Source of the DNA: Candidatus Lindowbacteria bacterium RIFCSPLOWO2_12_FULL_62_27
GTDB lineage: Bacteria > Lindowbacteria > 2-12-FULL-62-27
Length of the DNA stretch: 64,000 nt
Reading direction: 5' to 3'
NCBI GenBank assembly: GCA_001784175.1
Contig: MFPR01000006.1
Location: 124,001 to 188,000, forward strand
Positions 15,001-22,063 of the stretch are shown piece by piece. Under the pieces are notes generated by a model, which had not been told where the DNA came from, searched no databases, and saw only the letters and a list, made by a program, of their open reading frames with translations. Position 1 is the first letter of the stretch, and each line of letters begins with the position of its first letter. The translations under genes and the position numbers were made by a program.

Positions 15001-18000
15001 CGCCGGCCTGACCAGCGCCTACAGCTACACGTTTGCCGGCGGCGACCGGTATTACTGGCGGGTGCAGGAGATGGACGATTTCGAGACATCTCCCTGGAGC
15101 GACGCGCGCGACCTGACCGTCGACTTTTTCATCCCCGCCGTGACGCTCACCGCGCCCGCGAACGGACTGGAGACGTCGGCGAGTTTCGTCAAATTCGCCT
15201 GGAGCCAGCCGGCGGACGACGTCAGCGGATTTGATCTGTTCACGCTCGAAGTCAGCACGACGCCGGCCTTCACCGCGGTCGCCCACACGGTGCAGACCAT
15301 CGATCCGAACTCGTGGCTTCTCGTGACCAACGGGGACACCTCGTATTCCTGGCGCGTTCGCGCGCGCGACCGCGCGGGCAATGAGGCCGTGAGCAGCGTG
15401 CGGACGCTGCGGATCGACACGGGCGTGCGGGTGAGCCTGGCGGCGCCGGACAGCGGCGTGCGAACGGCTGACACGACGCCGTCGTTCAGTTGGTCGAGCC
15501 CGGACGCGGACACGTACCGGTTCGAGCTCTCCGTTGCGCCGACGTTTTCGCCGCTGGTCGACAACGCGCTGGTGACTTCCACCGCTTACACACCGTCGGC
15601 CCTGATCTATCCGAACAACACCTACTTCTGGCGCGCCGTGGCGCTGGACCGCGCCGGCAACCAGACCGCCGCGCCGGCCCGCGTGATCCACATCGACACG
15701 CAGGTTGCCGTCACGCTTGTTGCGCCGCCCGACCTCGTGGACACAAGCGCCGTGCGCCCGCCGTTCGCGTGGACCGGCGACGCCGACACGTACAATTTCC
15801 AGATCTCGAGGCAGACCACGTTCGCGACGCTGGTGGACAGCACGACCACGACCGGCCTCGCGTACACGCCGGGCGCGAATTATCCGGCGGACACGTTTTA
15901 CTGGCGCGTGATCGCGACCGATTTCGTCGGCAACGCCGCGACCTCGGCCTCCCGCACGATCGTGATCGACACCGGCGTCCGCGCGGACCTCTTCGGCCCG
16001 GCGGACCGCGTCGAGACGAACGACACGACGCCCGCGTTCAGTTGGACCGGCAGCGGCGAAACCTACACCTTCGAGATTTCGACCAGCGTCGGCTTTGCGG
16101 CCGTCCTGGACAGCGTCACGACCACGAGTCTCGCGTATACGCCGGCCCCGGGATACGCGGCGAACAGTTACTTCTGGCGCCTCACGGCGCGCAATTCGGT
16201 CGGCGGCGTGAAGATCACGCCCGCGTGGTCCATCGTCATCGACACCAAGGCGCAGGCGTCGCCCGCGTCGCCGGCCGATCTCTTCCGGACCAACGCGTTG
16301 CGGCCGGCGCTGAGCTGGACCGGTGACGGCAGGCAGTTCACCGTGCAGGTCTCGAAATCGGCGGGCTTCAGCCCCCTCGTGGACAACGTGACGGCGGCGG
16401 CCTTCGCGTACACGCCGACCGCCGATCATGCGGCCGACACGTATTTCTGGCGCGTCATCGCCGAGGACACGGCGGGCAATTTCGACACGAGCGCCGCCCG
16501 GACGCTGGTGATCGACACGTCGGTGGTCGTCGCGCTGGCCGGCCCCACCGAAGCCGAACGGACGAACCTCCGATCGCCGGCCTTCACGTGGACGGGCGAT
16601 GGCGACACATACGAGTACCAGATTTCGAAATCGAGCGCGTTTGGAATCGTGATCGACAGCCAGCTTCTGGCGGGGACGGCCCACACGCCGTCGACCGCCT
16701 ATGTCGCCGACACCTATTTCTGGCGCGTCCTGGTCTGGGACCGCGCCGGCAATTCCGCCGCGGCGGCATGGCGCGCGCTCGTCATCGACACGTTCGTGTC
16801 GGTATCGCTCACATCGCCCTATGATCTTTATCCCACCAACCATCTGCGGCCGGCTTTTGCGTGGTCTTCCGACGGAGAAACATTTGTCATCCAGATTTCG
16901 CGCGGGAGTTCCTTTACGACCCTCCATGACAGCCTGACGACGGCGGCGTTCGCGTACACGGCCTCCGCCGATTATCCGGCGGACACCTATTACTGGCGCG
17001 TCGTCGCGCGCGACCCGGCCGGCAACACCGAGACAACAGCGGCGCGCCGGGTTCTCGTGGACACCTTCGTGCAGGCGACGCTGGCGGGTCCTGCGGACGG
17101 CCATGAAACGAACGTGACGGCGCCGGCGTTCTCATGGACCGGAAACGGCGACACCTACACGATTCAGATTTCGAAGACCTCCGCGTTCACGACCCTGTCG
17201 GACGCCGCGACGACGGGCGGCCTGGCCCACACGCCGGCCTCCGGCTACGGCGCGGACACCTACTGGTGGCGCGTGATATCGCGCGATGCCGCCGGCAACT
17301 GGGACACCACGGCCTCGCGGCGGGTCGTGATCGACACGGGCGCCAGGGTCGTCCTGCTCGGCCCGGAACAGATGTTCCAAACGAGCGACACGCGTCCGAC
17401 ATTCACGTGGTCCGGCGACGCCGACACCTACACCGTCCAGGTGTCGCGCGCAAGTTCATTCTCGACGATCTACGACCAGAACGACACGACCGGCGGCAGC
17501 TACGAGCCGGCGCAGGTGTCCGCGTATCCGGCCGACACGTACTACTGGCGCGTGACGGGCGTGGACCGGCTGGGCAATCAGGAAACCAGCGCCGTGCGGA
17601 TGCTGTTTGTGGATACCGGCCTTGTCGTCAACGCGAACCTCCCGCCGGATCCGAACGAAACCAACGATACGACGCCGACGTTCACATGGAGCGGAAGCGG
17701 CGACACCTACACGTGGCAGATCAGTCTTTCGGCAGCGTTCGCGCCCGTCGCCGACAGCCTGACGACCGGCGGCGGGACGTACACGCCGTCTCCCGGCTAC
17801 AGGGCCGACACCTATTACTGGCGCGTGGCCGCGCGCGACAATGCCGGCAACTGGGACACCACGCCGGCCCGGAAACTCGTCATCGACACGGCCGCGCCGT
17901 CGGTCCCGACGGTGACGTCTCCCGCCGACCAGGCCGTGACGAACAAGCCGGCGCCGACCTTCGCCTGGTCCGGCGACGCGGACAGCTATGTTTTTGAGTT

Positions 18001-21000
18001 GTCAAAATCATCCGCCTTCGCGGCGCTCGTTTCCGCCGAAACGACGCTGACGTCCTCGTCGACGGTGTCGTCGCTCGCGCAGGACACGTATTATTACCGT
18101 GTCCGCGGGTATGACCGCGCCGGAAACGCCGGCGCCTTCTCGGCCGCCCGCACGCTTTATATCGACACGCAGATATCCGTCTCCCCCGCCGCGCCTGCGG
18201 ATCTTCACGAAACAAGCAACCCGCAGCCGGCTCTGACCTGGACCGGCGAGGCCGACACGTATGTGGCGCAGATCTCGACCTCCTCCGGATTCGGAACGAC
18301 GGTCGAAAGCGCGCTCACGACATCAAGCCAGTTTACCCCGTCTTCGGTCCTTGCGGCGAACACCTATTACTGGCGCATCCTGGCCCTGGACCGCGCGGGG
18401 AACGCGGACACCTCGCCGTCGCGCCGGTTTGTCATCGACACCGGCGTCCGCGTGTCGCTGGTGGCCCCTGCGGGATTCACCCGAACGAACGACACCACGC
18501 CCGCTTTCGCCTGGACAGGCGATGCCGACACCTACAAGCTCGAAGTGTCGCGTCTCAACGATTTCTCCATCCTGTTTGACAGTCTGACCACGACGGGCAC
18601 CACGTATGCCTCGACCCGAATTTATCCGCACGACACATTTTACTGGCGCGTCTCGGCCATCGACCGTTCGGGCAACAACGGCATCACGGGCCTGCGGGTT
18701 CTCCACATTGACACCATCGTTTCCGTGGCGCTTTTGACGCCGGCCGACACGTCCCGGACAAGCGCAGTGCGGCCCGTGTTCGCCTGGTCGGGCGACGCGG
18801 ACTCCTACAGGCTCCAGATTTCCACGTCCCCGGCATTCGGGACCACGGTGGACGACTCCATTGTGTTCACGACGAGTTTCGCGCCGGCCTTCAACTATCC
18901 GGCCGACACCTACTACTGGCGCGTGACCGGATCGGATCTTGCCGGCAACCAGATCACGGCGGCCTCGCGCCTGCTGGTGATCGACACGCATGTGTCGGTA
19001 ACGCTTGCGTCGCCGGCCAACGCGTTTGTGACCAACAACCCGCGGCCGGCGTTCTCCTGGACGGGCGACGCCGATACGTACACCGTCCAGGTTTCCTCCG
19101 ATGTCAATTTCGGCACGCTGGCGCATCAGAACACGGTATCGTCCACCACCCATACGCCGGCCGCCGGACTGCCCCCGGACACTTACTTCTGGCGCGTCGT
19201 CGCGCGGGACGTGGCCGGAAACATTCTCACGACCGCCGCGAGAGGGTTTGTCATCGACACGCTCGTCACGGTCCAGCTCTTGTCTCCGTCCCATCTGGCC
19301 AAGACGGGCGAGACGCAGCCCACGTACACATGGACGGGAACGGGAGACACCTACACCCTTCAGGCGTCGACCTCGTCGACCTTCGCAACGATCTTTGACA
19401 GCCGGACAACGACGTCCGTGACCTTCGCCGCGACCGCGACCTACGCGCCGGACACCTATTACTGGCGGCTGATCGCGATGGACCGTGCCGGCAACGTCGA
19501 GACCTCGGCCGCGCGGACGCTGACGGTGGTGTCGGGTGTCGTCGTCAACCTCCTGAGCCCGGAAGACACGACGTACACGAACAGCTTGCGGCCCGTCTTC
19601 GCATGGAACGGGAGCGGCGAGACGTTCACCTTTGAGATTTCCCGCACGTCGGCGTTCTCGACTTTGCTGGACGCCCGTTCGTCCGCCGGATCGACCCACG
19701 CGCCCGCGATCGACTACCCGGCCGACACGTACGTGTGGCGCGTGATCGTCCGGGACGGGCTGGGCAGAGTGGACACGTCCCCCGCGCGCCGCCTGGTGAT
19801 CGACACGGGCGTGTCGGTCAGCCTGGGCGATCCGGGCGCCGGTCATTCCACCAAGGCCACGTCTCCCGCGTTCGCGTGGTCCGGCGACGCGGAAACCTAC
19901 GTTTTCCAGATTTCGAAATCCGCGGCCTTCGTCCCGCTGGTCGACAGCCGCACCACCGCATTGACGGCCTATACGCCGGCCTCCGTCTACACCGCCGATA
20001 CTTATTTCTGGCGCGTGATCGCTTCCGACCGCGCCGGCAACGTCGAGACATCGGCCGCGCGGTCCCTGGCGGTCGACACGTCCGTCACGGTCGCGCTGTC
20101 CTTCCCGCCGGACCTGCAGCGCACCAGCAGCCGCCGGCCGGCGTTCACGTGGTCGGGCGACGCGGAGACCTACACGATCCAGGTCTCGACCTCGGGCGCC
20201 TTCGCGACGATCGCGGACGCGCAGGCCACGAACCTCACCGCCTACACGCCGGCCGCCGATTATGCGTACGACACTCATTTCTGGCGCGTCGTGGCGACCG
20301 ACCGCGCAGGCAATGTGGAAACGAGCGCGGCGCGGACGCTCGTGATCGACTCCGGCGCCGCCGTGGTCGTCACGCCGCTCGGCCCGGCGGATTTCCGGCA
20401 GACCAACGAGACGATGCCGGCCTTCACGTGGGCGGGCGACGCCGACACGTACGTGGTCGAGGTCGCGGCGAACGATCCGGCATTCGGAGCGATCTACGAT
20501 TCGAAGACGCTGACCGCGACGAGCTTCACGGCCTCGCGCGGATTTGTGTATGGCATTTATTTCTGGCGCGTCACCGGCTCGAAGACGCTGGGCGGCCGGA
20601 CCGTTTCGGCCGTACGAACGCTGTACATCGACACGGCCGTCCGGGTCATCCCGAGTTTTCCGCCTAATGATTCCGACCTGCAAACCCCGCGGCCGATGAT
20701 GGTGTGGAGCGGCGACGGCGAAACCTATCACGTCCAGGTCGCGCGCAACTACGAGTTCACGGCCCTGCATGACAGCCGGGTCCTCCGTGTCACGGCCTAC
20801 GCGCCGCCGTTCCCGTATCCGGCCGGCGCCTATTTCTGGCGCGTGATCGCCCGGGACATTGCGGGGAACGTCGAAACGAGCGCCACCCGCCGCTTCAATG
20901 TGACGCTGTCCTTCGACACGGTCACCGCGCGCGGCTTCCGGTTCATGCCGACCCTGCCGATCGACACGCGTCCCATCGTGGTTCTGCGGGGCCGCGTCAA

Positions 21001-22063
21001 CGAAACGGAGCCGGTGGTCGCGCTCACGGTCACGCAAAACGGCGACACCGTCTACACCGTGGGCATTGCGAGCGATAGCGCCGCCTTCAATATCGGCGTG
21101 GCGGTCGCGACGGTCCTCGGCCCGAACATTTTTGTGGCGCGCCTGACCGACTCGTACGGCCGCGCCTTTTATGACACCGTGCGGATCAACCGCCTGACGG
21201 GCGAGGTTTCGGCGATGTCGTTGCCGAGCGGCATGACCACACAGCTTCCGCAAAGCACGCGCTCCGAGACCTGGGTGGGCGTGCTGTCGTTTGCGGACAC
21301 CGCCGCGCCAGCGCGCGTGGCCGTTCCGCTCTACGACCCTGTCCGCGGCGCCTATACGAATTCATGGAACATCAACATTCAGCCGAAGGATTCCGGCACG
21401 AACCTGACCGTGCGCCGCGCCCCGGACACGGTGGCGCTCCGGCTGACGGCCGGCGCCTCGCTCGGATCCAGCTTCCAGTTCACCGCCTTCGAGTTCACGC
21501 TGTACGACGCCGCCGGAAGCAGCATCGGCGCCAGCGAGGGCAGTTTCCAGACGCTGTCGCTGTCGATCGATCCGACCGGCATGGATCTGGGCACGAGCCT
21601 CCTGACGGACCTGCGGCTCTTCACGTTCAACGAAGCGACGCTCGCCTGGGACCAGGTGGCGGGCAGCGGATACAATCCGGTGACCGGCCAGGTCGAAGGC
21701 AACCTGCAGCACTTGTCGTTCTACGCCGTCCTGCCGGCGGTGGCCGTGGCCGGCGACCTCAACAACGTCGTCGTCTATCCGAATCCCTTCAAACCCAATT
21801 CCGGCAACGCGCGCGCCGGCCGCGAATACGACGGCACGGTCGGGTCCGGCATCACCTTCTCGAACCTCACCGCCTTCGCGCGCATCACGATCTTCTCGCT
21901 CGACGGCGTCAAGGTCGACGAGTTCGAAGTCGCCGGCACGGGCCGGGTCCAGTGGGACGCCAAGAATTCCCAGGGCCGCCCGGTCGCCAGCGGCGTGTAT
22001 CTGTACCTCATCGAATCCGGCTCGGGAGAGAAATTTGCCGGGAAGGTCGCGGTGGTCCGGTAA
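5..22063 (+). CDS. Giant multi-catalytic alpha-glucan-active exported protein (three GH57-type modules, CBM48/CBM20-like, DOMON-like, FN3/Ig repeats, C-terminal FlgD-Ig/T9SS-like domain); 5'-partial
   Basis: 7352-aa ORF with no in-frame stop before the window edge. HWHMHQPIYWP / GMFPxE / HDGDN motifs at about 1165-2950 and 9255-11100; a second GH57-like type (ILHGNQ, FWIPERV, DDWE) at about 6020-7400. LQYKY CBM20-like modules at about 4150, 8370 and 12300; many FN3 modules (DLAGYNVYRS..YYYVV); about 20 YFWRV Ig-like repeats at 14830-20900; ends VYPNPF..ASGVYLY..GKVAVVR. Confidence 0.9.
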   Translation: MSAAKTYVDATPNATTQQTTYQVTGLVNGDTYWFVVRAEDATTGNGGPGGGKEDTNLVERPARPTGVSSPVVNGAVATFNYVGGAVAKVKGSWKVTGGSAGVYTAIYDTQWDGGLATPMVLNGSVWTITLTLDPNKTFEYGFDIDGAWTNDPLNANHAANGNDQLTTARSATSDSSAPAFAGLASATDVASGGKVNLSWTAATDSTPPITYNIYFTNDTGAQVSKSYVDNTPDLTTASTSYQVTGLRNGWTYWFTVRAEDATTGSVGPHGGLQDTNLVERSATPSGNTAPVANAQSVSTNQNTSKTITLTGSDANGDPLTFAIGSAPANGALGAVTSAGATSATVVYTPNANFNGADNFIFTASDGVLTSGSATVSITVNAPPQGKPAIYIAHHWHMHQPIYWPDENVVATENNGRYGFSVVSVHSDRTGPYTTWPADAVQNAMWNGLAHGGASVSFTGSLTENLNTLEGSGWGFYGWKNRWRESQNWTTSLGNKRLDIVIFPYFHSMQPLIPDKWVRSGIQRYKGMYAGTWSTGTLSKGMFPSENSLSPHMIPALVDEGIEWVMVDNVHFDRATQGYPWSSSGNLYEPNPSDIVNPNPNDWVQLTNIWAPTKISGRWGHQPHYVEYVDPTTGVSKKIIAIPTERYMGNEDGRGGYGALQYESVISQLEPYNTDPSHPVLVVLHHDGDNYGGGTEGYYHGNYSAMIDWLKANPSRFQLTTVQDYLSMFPPDPSDIIHIEPGSWSGADNGDPEYKKWNGDPGADGYSPDRNSWMTLMAALNRIETAEQINAGHPNVATAKRRIEVGMTSCYWYWDGSPPWDYHVTRASNEAVWLADQVITTGQDRTPPSIYLPQRDPYNPAGKEWGIQMGSNLKIFGPVYDVSGLRRVELKYRIDDDGFNPVPDHANEVIAGGAGVGAWQVLSMTVDPFPASRSNPAPTYRADIYAATITGLTDKLIDYYVEAEDFQGNVAKSPIQHVKFGGLGGGGTGGGGQTTIFIPSNPTQNDTILISGSKTGKLHWAVNNWTRPDTAYWPAGTFGYNSQAVQTPLDANFKVVLGPFNIAGKTVTEINFVFNWNDGSWDNNGGLNWKILLSVDAQAPAAPAAPVLTARNAAVDVSWRANAEADLAGYKLYRASGAAYALIAQPAKTAALYQDTGVTNGTTYTYVLQAVDNAGNVGDSSPAASATPLATDTAAPSAPASLAIQAQQLSNLLTWTRNLETDHQDYLLLRSNSAGSGYSTIATPDSTVTTYTDGSLTAGDTKYYILKARDVTGNASDSSAVVFAAARPDPPPQAPTGLTAWLWDRSIRLTWNRNAESDLAGYNLLRATAAGGPYAQVNGALITDTQYTDSPLTNGTAYYYVVTSKDTANGESPNSAEATATPKPLIAVHFRVDVTGQIGVSVVRIAGDRFTPPWSAASNALRDLGSGVWGETFQLPLASLQYKYVVNSVSFEPDFATASGKRELTVADQYGDSRMFVSNRWGVSGDAYPAAPAGLTASSKTGRVDLRWNRNSTEYDVTGFNVYRSTTPGAGYVKISSLLNDTSYADITVTNGDTYYYVIRAEDAARQEGPGSNEVRATPGPNVPPAVPSGLSAAAGDRRVTLTWTANTEPDLAGYHVLRGAASGGPYTRQNVDTVLVGAYVDTGVNNGDTYYYVVQAVDREDSRSANSAEVSASPKAPDTTAPAAPSGLTAVAGDRRVTLTWTGSAESDTLGYNVYRSSSSAGGPYVKLNGGVVLSAAYADVSVTNGVKYYYIVKALDRVLNESDSSTSASATPIGSTGGIEERTIDGDFLDWKHSDVRFLDPVADNSYLWWDVLSPNQQALDPARDLIALYSREGQNDYYFRIDFHDLAFNVEQTALDFYLAIDFDPTRGQSFLPDFVDATTDRPWELCIAVFNSTAQAFYKPDWTTVTSVVVNGVSVNPMRGIKYHSQQDAVEFAIAKQVLINLGWTPGAPLNLQVFSTRDGTNGGLGEAPQLPDITDAIPDNASIHDGVINGAVSTDSTVGRAKYSVILHGNQSLNEAGSINRWIRDDVAVTPNNKPSGYFRALQSHEAYRAPVNIHVSGSLAAVLDMANSNNPLNDGPTFNQLIRQFVDDNWNDNRMGHIIGGVYAEHIMPYFRDDASIGVYVNSTATEYKTKALTSYYSLTRPPRVFWIPERVIDGATLGNILTDARTGQPSGYTATVLDQITHLRLWFGENQPHKIHKINGVLCFMINDMPDDRKFWSQDGGANYQVRKLLLDLARDTDQEQLVLVFDDWEAYAGRSFASQTVINENPDQYDNTIRWIANHPWVEVVTLEQVLDRNWGPVDHGTNLNLPKSTYQWLLHATEGNYDNWYFGSSQEASFQNTVPVLTGKQYGVKTPIASGKKYGSIWDAGTILRDVWDDIKNAPANELKKLAELGYTHLIYESAWHDEDYTEKAWDANYNWLEPDLTSDNVVFWALDLHGHIRQVSGIVDAAKWAEDVRTGAQSAGTVVQSKDVDHDGENEYILKNNRVYALFENDGGRMVMGFAYDAARGGIELIGNSIANAAFEGEEEDVVRRVSALADMNGGAYVNALYSVTTGADTIGLVSPDGLIKKTVRLPSGAGTLDVTYNESVTGALNVRMGLVGNLYDMVFTGERKIQTIGSAGGSFYGIKNTNGGQVYVTFNQATLNTGFTDGTPDNTNSPFVRQIELAGNGTFSFSLTLNTSDTLYIPDTPAAPAGLAAAAYNGRVALSWQAVPDTNVAGYHVYKSGTSGGPYTQCNADTVTIPVYSVYGLNNGETYYFVVRAVSQKGVQSPNSNEVRAVPVTSISVTFTIDLRSLPTYGLAQMAGNALSPAWTPGPFTMPANGGGTFSITLPLTVGTVLQYKYVHDTTAWESDFTTTSKNRELTVADQGGGKMTVNNKWNVIGDPPPAVPNSASLEVGSDTIRIKWVHSADFDVVGYNVYRSQTTGGPYVRIASAGRIESHLDSGLTSGTRYYYIVRSLDQMGQESVSTPELNGLPGTNPPPAQVSGVAATAGVNQITVTWNANTEADLAGYNIYFTVTLNGVPQKLNSALITGTSYLHQNLSSSFSYTYWVCAVDNSGSEGLWSASVQQTPTPAGGSVPIYIAYHWHMHQPIYWPYENIVTTYSTRSNYSYVRDVLGWPDRVDAYTHNPIDNISRFSYLPNWGAQISYSGSLIENIDNMSAVGHSYYGGWSNRYAEGHGWSTSLGNRRTDLVAFGYHHPMMPFIHYRDLRLQVQMHRRKLTNRFGNPYSKGMFPPESAFSERMIPALLDEGIEWVMVDNLHLDHANKNFPWSISEKVNPPNRAEQVNNPQANYLSLSCQTNTSYKVSAPFSVTPHYTKYVDPATGTERKIIVVPLERTLGYDDSYGDRTPQQRLEAFLPYNTDPNHPMLVVLAHDGDNAGASGFRYYVETMGWLGGADPNKFRFTTVQDYLSMFPPDPNDVVHVTDGSWVGADLGDQELKKWMGDPYKNGVVDFTNGFSSDWNSWMVITAGKNRMMHAESIQPPSGDIGAIMDGTGNNTDKGWREFLVGEASCYWYWDGTVQWDEQPTRAVNAAMNFADAVIGAGTPPGSTPDNVGPTVFPLLREPYNPGAEEAFKGLQPSDFDVFTFIYDASGLTSVTLKYRIDADGENPLSDNANEVYGAGAGVGPWLTAAMSIKAFPNPPAAQLQPLYRASIYTARVSGLTNSLLDYYVEAVDGRGNVTKSDIHHVYVGQTVTSSVGSGVWQPSAPTSSDTILITATKAGYLHWGVNGWLKPDSSYWPSATAPYDNFSVETRLDANFHAVIGPFNKSQSVPRIDFVFRHDDGTWGKNNGADYRIDLIVDTIAPAAPTGLTATPDNQRVVLVWSAPVEADLTGYQVYRAADTAGPYALLVTTGRIATHTDTSVTNGVVYYYRLRAVDASGNASDTSAMVSATPSGVDLTPPARPTGVTLTSQEFAIRVAWTANREYDLSGYRVYRSTSAGSGYALAQTAGAAATSYTDGGMGLTDTYYYVITAFDSAGNVSDTTAAIGARALAAQPPARPANVSAAPGDSKVTVSWFANTEADLAGYNVYRSLSATNGFVKDNGSVLVLTIYNVNNLPNDSTYYFVVTAVDTGGNESDSSTVVSATPHGGIQVSFRMNASAAGALSAVQIAGDKFSPAWTPSATTLTNEGAGIWRVTKQFLVNERLQYKYIKDTTGWEGNFPANESVNREVTVVDHGGGRMFVSNAWNVDGDLLPAAPTGLAATAGNATAQLTWNANTEYDLAGYDIYRSTVSGSGFTKIAARVAGAAYPCTGLTNGTTYYFKVSAEDSALQEGPTSAQVSALPFVPDTTAPAAPSGVDAAVTGGTIRVTWARNAEADLSGYRVYRNTAAAGQFTALGGLISDTKYTDAASAGVTYYYVVRAQDSAGNLSDTSASDTALISGNAVAVDGHAGEWVGTAPTSDNTIAISGGEWIWKDAVGDQRSDAADPDSNYDLKEVRFTGDVAGMSMLVRMDNITDNTFPYLTLGVDRDPAATGGEQWFGQYIEATMNNAAWRDYEVILNGTKTGHFGVGAGGWTWKDTGASFISTANDVIEANFKWYSIGVTLPKKLRITMASARNNAGNPDEVFGADILDAVTTASGNTWSDVGDGQLDYYFDIGFNADGKVNTAPTAPAWAGPADGSTLSSDIVNFAWTWNDGDGQIAVTPMYELQVARDTVFATLVFTDSSTGFVTTRGHDFGGNGDYYARVRTRDDFDWSPWSAALKITISITNLPDGDPANWLGVASTASNTHTVSAGEWIWTDATLDERTDAADPDANYDLKELRLAGDSAHLYVLARFRDITSAALPYLSIALDKDRVSGSGERAFGGSSETQMDTRAFRDYELVMNNNKAGFYGAGAGGFTWSEKGNVTLSTANDAMEGRYHWSDLGVALPATVRFTAMTASNSGGNTAEIYQSDAVDAVTTINGNTWGDAQDGVINSSFDISFTRDGRVNAPPGKPVLISPAASATANTSAVTFVWSCRDPDSTSTASPRYRVQIANDSAFAQLVVDYVRAGLTSAYSYTFAGGDRYYWRVQEMDDFETSPWSDARDLTVDFFIPAVTLTAPANGLETSASFVKFAWSQPADDVSGFDLFTLEVSTTPAFTAVAHTVQTIDPNSWLLVTNGDTSYSWRVRARDRAGNEAVSSVRTLRIDTGVRVSLAAPDSGVRTADTTPSFSWSSPDADTYRFELSVAPTFSPLVDNALVTSTAYTPSALIYPNNTYFWRAVALDRAGNQTAAPARVIHIDTQVAVTLVAPPDLVDTSAVRPPFAWTGDADTYNFQISRQTTFATLVDSTTTTGLAYTPGANYPADTFYWRVIATDFVGNAATSASRTIVIDTGVRADLFGPADRVETNDTTPAFSWTGSGETYTFEISTSVGFAAVLDSVTTTSLAYTPAPGYAANSYFWRLTARNSVGGVKITPAWSIVIDTKAQASPASPADLFRTNALRPALSWTGDGRQFTVQVSKSAGFSPLVDNVTAAAFAYTPTADHAADTYFWRVIAEDTAGNFDTSAARTLVIDTSVVVALAGPTEAERTNLRSPAFTWTGDGDTYEYQISKSSAFGIVIDSQLLAGTAHTPSTAYVADTYFWRVLVWDRAGNSAAAAWRALVIDTFVSVSLTSPYDLYPTNHLRPAFAWSSDGETFVIQISRGSSFTTLHDSLTTAAFAYTASADYPADTYYWRVVARDPAGNTETTAARRVLVDTFVQATLAGPADGHETNVTAPAFSWTGNGDTYTIQISKTSAFTTLSDAATTGGLAHTPASGYGADTYWWRVISRDAAGNWDTTASRRVVIDTGARVVLLGPEQMFQTSDTRPTFTWSGDADTYTVQVSRASSFSTIYDQNDTTGGSYEPAQVSAYPADTYYWRVTGVDRLGNQETSAVRMLFVDTGLVVNANLPPDPNETNDTTPTFTWSGSGDTYTWQISLSAAFAPVADSLTTGGGTYTPSPGYRADTYYWRVAARDNAGNWDTTPARKLVIDTAAPSVPTVTSPADQAVTNKPAPTFAWSGDADSYVFELSKSSAFAALVSAETTLTSSSTVSSLAQDTYYYRVRGYDRAGNAGAFSAARTLYIDTQISVSPAAPADLHETSNPQPALTWTGEADTYVAQISTSSGFGTTVESALTTSSQFTPSSVLAANTYYWRILALDRAGNADTSPSRRFVIDTGVRVSLVAPAGFTRTNDTTPAFAWTGDADTYKLEVSRLNDFSILFDSLTTTGTTYASTRIYPHDTFYWRVSAIDRSGNNGITGLRVLHIDTIVSVALLTPADTSRTSAVRPVFAWSGDADSYRLQISTSPAFGTTVDDSIVFTTSFAPAFNYPADTYYWRVTGSDLAGNQITAASRLLVIDTHVSVTLASPANAFVTNNPRPAFSWTGDADTYTVQVSSDVNFGTLAHQNTVSSTTHTPAAGLPPDTYFWRVVARDVAGNILTTAARGFVIDTLVTVQLLSPSHLAKTGETQPTYTWTGTGDTYTLQASTSSTFATIFDSRTTTSVTFAATATYAPDTYYWRLIAMDRAGNVETSAARTLTVVSGVVVNLLSPEDTTYTNSLRPVFAWNGSGETFTFEISRTSAFSTLLDARSSAGSTHAPAIDYPADTYVWRVIVRDGLGRVDTSPARRLVIDTGVSVSLGDPGAGHSTKATSPAFAWSGDAETYVFQISKSAAFVPLVDSRTTALTAYTPASVYTADTYFWRVIASDRAGNVETSAARSLAVDTSVTVALSFPPDLQRTSSRRPAFTWSGDAETYTIQVSTSGAFATIADAQATNLTAYTPAADYAYDTHFWRVVATDRAGNVETSAARTLVIDSGAAVVVTPLGPADFRQTNETMPAFTWAGDADTYVVEVAANDPAFGAIYDSKTLTATSFTASRGFVYGIYFWRVTGSKTLGGRTVSAVRTLYIDTAVRVIPSFPPNDSDLQTPRPMMVWSGDGETYHVQVARNYEFTALHDSRVLRVTAYAPPFPYPAGAYFWRVIARDIAGNVETSATRRFNVTLSFDTVTARGFRFMPTLPIDTRPIVVLRGRVNETEPVVALTVTQNGDTVYTVGIASDSAAFNIGVAVATVLGPNIFVARLTDSYGRAFYDTVRINRLTGEVSAMSLPSGMTTQLPQSTRSETWVGVLSFADTAAPARVAVPLYDPVRGAYTNSWNINIQPKDSGTNLTVRRAPDTVALRLTAGASLGSSFQFTAFEFTLYDAAGSSIGASEGSFQTLSLSIDPTGMDLGTSLLTDLRLFTFNEATLAWDQVAGSGYNPVTGQVEGNLQHLSFYAVLPAVAVAGDLNNVVVYPNPFKPNSGNARAGREYDGTVGSGITFSNLTAFARITIFSLDGVKVDEFEVAGTGRVQWDAKNSQGRPVASGVYLYLIESGSGEKFAGKVAVVR

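Noticed and set aside
21364-22062. Long N-terminal extension of the PorV-like ORF
   Set aside because: Alternative frame inside the first giant gene; the signal peptide starts at 22063.
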